Shown piece by piece: positions 62,472-64,000 of a stretch of DNA of 64,000 nt; position 1 is the first letter of the stretch, and every line of letters starts with the position of its first letter. A program made the position numbers and the translations under genes. Source of the DNA: an uncultured Candidatus Rokubacteria bacterium (GTDB taxonomy: Bacteria; Methylomirabilota; Methylomirabilia; Rokubacteriales; CSP1-6); contig CAVVEU010000040.1 in the NCBI GenBank assembly GCA_963747235.1, forward strand, positions 352,001 through 416,000, written 5' to 3'. The notes beneath the pieces were generated by a model. It saw nothing but the letters and a program-made list of their open reading frames with translations, searched no databases and had not been told where the DNA came from.

Positions 62472-63249
62472 CTAGAGCAGCGCCCAGTAGTACATGCGGA
62501 ACGCCCGGATCGGCCCCGGCTCGGTGTCGTGGAGCCGGCTCGCCTCGAAGCGGCGCTCGACCCGATCGAAGGTGACGCGCCCGGGCTCGGCGGGATCGTT
62601 CGGATCGTAGACCGAGAAGCGCACGTTGCCGGCCGCGTCGAGCGTGTACGCGTACGCGAGCACGGTGTGGTTGAGCTCCCACGTGGGGAAGTTCGTCACG
62701 AGAAACTGCACCGGCCGACCCTCGGCCAGCTCGGCGAGCGTCTCGCGCGCGACCCGCTCCTGCTGCCAGCGCGGCATCGGGAACACCACGCGCCAGTTGG
62801 TCCAGTGCACGAGGGTCCAGAATCGCCCGACCATCCCCTCCTTCACCGCCGCCTCCTGGGCGCGGGAGAACTCGTGCAGCGAGGCGTAGCCGGGGATCAC
62901 GATCCGCCGGTCGGCGGGCCACGGCTCGTCCCAGGGAGCGATGGCGACCACCTGCTTGACGCGCGCGACGTACTCCTCGGGCGTCGAGCCGGGGCGCGGC
63001 GGGCTCGAAGCGGGCGAAGCGCTGGAACTGCGTGACCGCCCGCACCATCACGAAGCAGTAGTTGGCGTAGAGGTCGGGCTTGCCGGGATTCTTGCTGCGG
63101 CTCTCGTTGGCGAACGCGAAGGTGTCCACCCCGAAGCGCAGCAGGTCGGGCGGGGCCGGGCGGCGCACCGCCGCGTCGATCGGGGCGACCGACGCGCAGC
63201 CGGACACCGCCAGAGCCACCAGGAAGAGTCGCGTCGACGCCCACATCAC
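62472..63249 (-). CDS. Hypothetical lipoprotein (frameshift near 62980)
   Basis: LAVSGC lipobox; ANYCF, NHTV, YDPN resemble a Cys-His-Asp papain-like arrangement (inference). Confidence 0.6.
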
Positions 63250-63271
63250 GCGTCGTGCAGTGTACCGCACT

Positions 63272-64000
63272 TCAGCCCTGGATCGAATAGCCTCCGTCCA
63301 CCGGAATCGCGGTTCCGGTGACGAAATCGGAGGCGGGCCCGCCGAGAAACACCGCGACGCCGGAGAGATCGTCGGGCACGCCCCAGCGCGCGGCGGGCGT
63401 GCGCGCGAGCACGCGGTCGTGGAGGCCCGCGACCTCGCGGCGCGCGTTGGTGGTGAGCTCGGTGTCGATCCAGCCGGGCAGCACCGCGTTGACCTGGATG
63501 TTGTCGCGGGCCCACGCGGACGCGGTCGCCTTGGTGAGCTGCACGATGCCGCCCTTGGAGGCGGCGTAGGCGGGCGCGAACGAGGTGCCGAAGATGGACA
63601 TCATCGAGCCGATGTTGATGATCTTCCCGCCCCCGTTCTTCTTCATGATCGGGTAGACCGCGCGGCTCGTGAGGAACGCGCTCGTGAGGTTGGTGTCGAG
63701 CACCTGGCGCCACTCCGCGAGGGTCAGCTCGTGCACCGGCTTGCGGATGTTCATGCCCGCGTTGTTGACGAGGATGTCGAGGCGGCCGAAGCGATCCACG
63801 GTGGCGCGCACCAGCGCGTTCACCGCCGCCTCGTCGGCCACGTCGGCCTCGATCGCCACCGCGGCGGCCCCGAGCTTGACGAGCTCGGCGACCGCGCCCC
63901 GGCTCTTCTCCGCGTTGCGGCCCGACACCACGACCGCCGCGCCGGCGCCGGCGAGCCCGCGCGCCATCCCGAGGCCGATCCCGCCGTTGCCGCCCGTCAC
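63272..64000 (-). CDS. Short-chain dehydrogenase, KduD/gluconate 5-dehydrogenase-like (5'-truncated by window edge)
   Basis: TGGNGGIG, NNAG, YAASKGG, VNAVLPGW, TPAARWG. Confidence 0.9.
   Translation of the reverse strand: MTGGNGGIGLGMARGLAGAGAAVVVSGRNAEKSRGAVAELVKLGAAAVAIEADVADEAAVNALVRATVDRFGRLDILVNNAGMNIRKPVHELTLAEWRQVLDTNLTSAFLTSRAVYPIMKKNGGGKIINIGSMMSIFGTSFAPAYAASKGGIVQLTKATASAWARDNIQVNAVLPGWIDTELTTNARREVAGLHDRVLARTPAARWGVPDDLSGVAVFLGGPASDFVTGTAIPVDGGYSIQG

Noticed and set aside
3528-63249. About 20 genes with frameshifts, suggesting mass pseudogenisation or programmed frameshifting
   Set aside because: Mostly single extra bases in G/C runs, scattered through housekeeping genes such as serA and gntK, with intact motifs on both sides and no slippery-site pattern; best explained as long-read indel errors (check by read polishing)
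1-64000. rRNA, tRNA (including selC), CRISPR array, transposase or prophage
   Set aside because: None recognisable; intergenic gaps are short and no regularly spaced repeats were seen

Overview
High-GC bacterial chromosomal window with dense, mostly operonic genes. Gene content and style suggest Candidatus Rokubacteria/Methylomirabilota, but this is an unverified impression. About 20 otherwise intact genes carry single-base frameshifts, most simply read as long-read assembly indels. In order: (1) mlaFDC followed by a putative head-group lipid cluster (phosphono/sulfopyruvate decarboxylase, cytidylyltransferase, CDP-alcohol phosphotransferase, flippase-like protein, inositol-1-P synthase, MMPL exporter); (2) malate synthase, 2OG-Fe oxygenase, molybdopterin enzyme, mce, copCD and garR; (3) trpE(G) with an unannotated Trp attenuator, then argR-GNAT-argD with ARG boxes; (4) an AOR operon with MoaD; (5) a hidden UGSC selenoprotein (in-frame TGA plus SECIS-like hairpin) and its partner gene; (6) gntK, an rpiB-pgi fusion and zwf; (7) serA and hpnJ; (8) a type II PKS/FAS-like cluster with two KS/CLF pairs, ACP, acyltransferase, a GT2-halogenase-like fusion, ABC exporter and ArnT-like transferase. 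A ~36-46 bp repeat occurs four times, each time inside a predicted coding sequence, and two other palindromic repeat families are present. No rRNA, tRNA, CRISPR array or transposase was seen.
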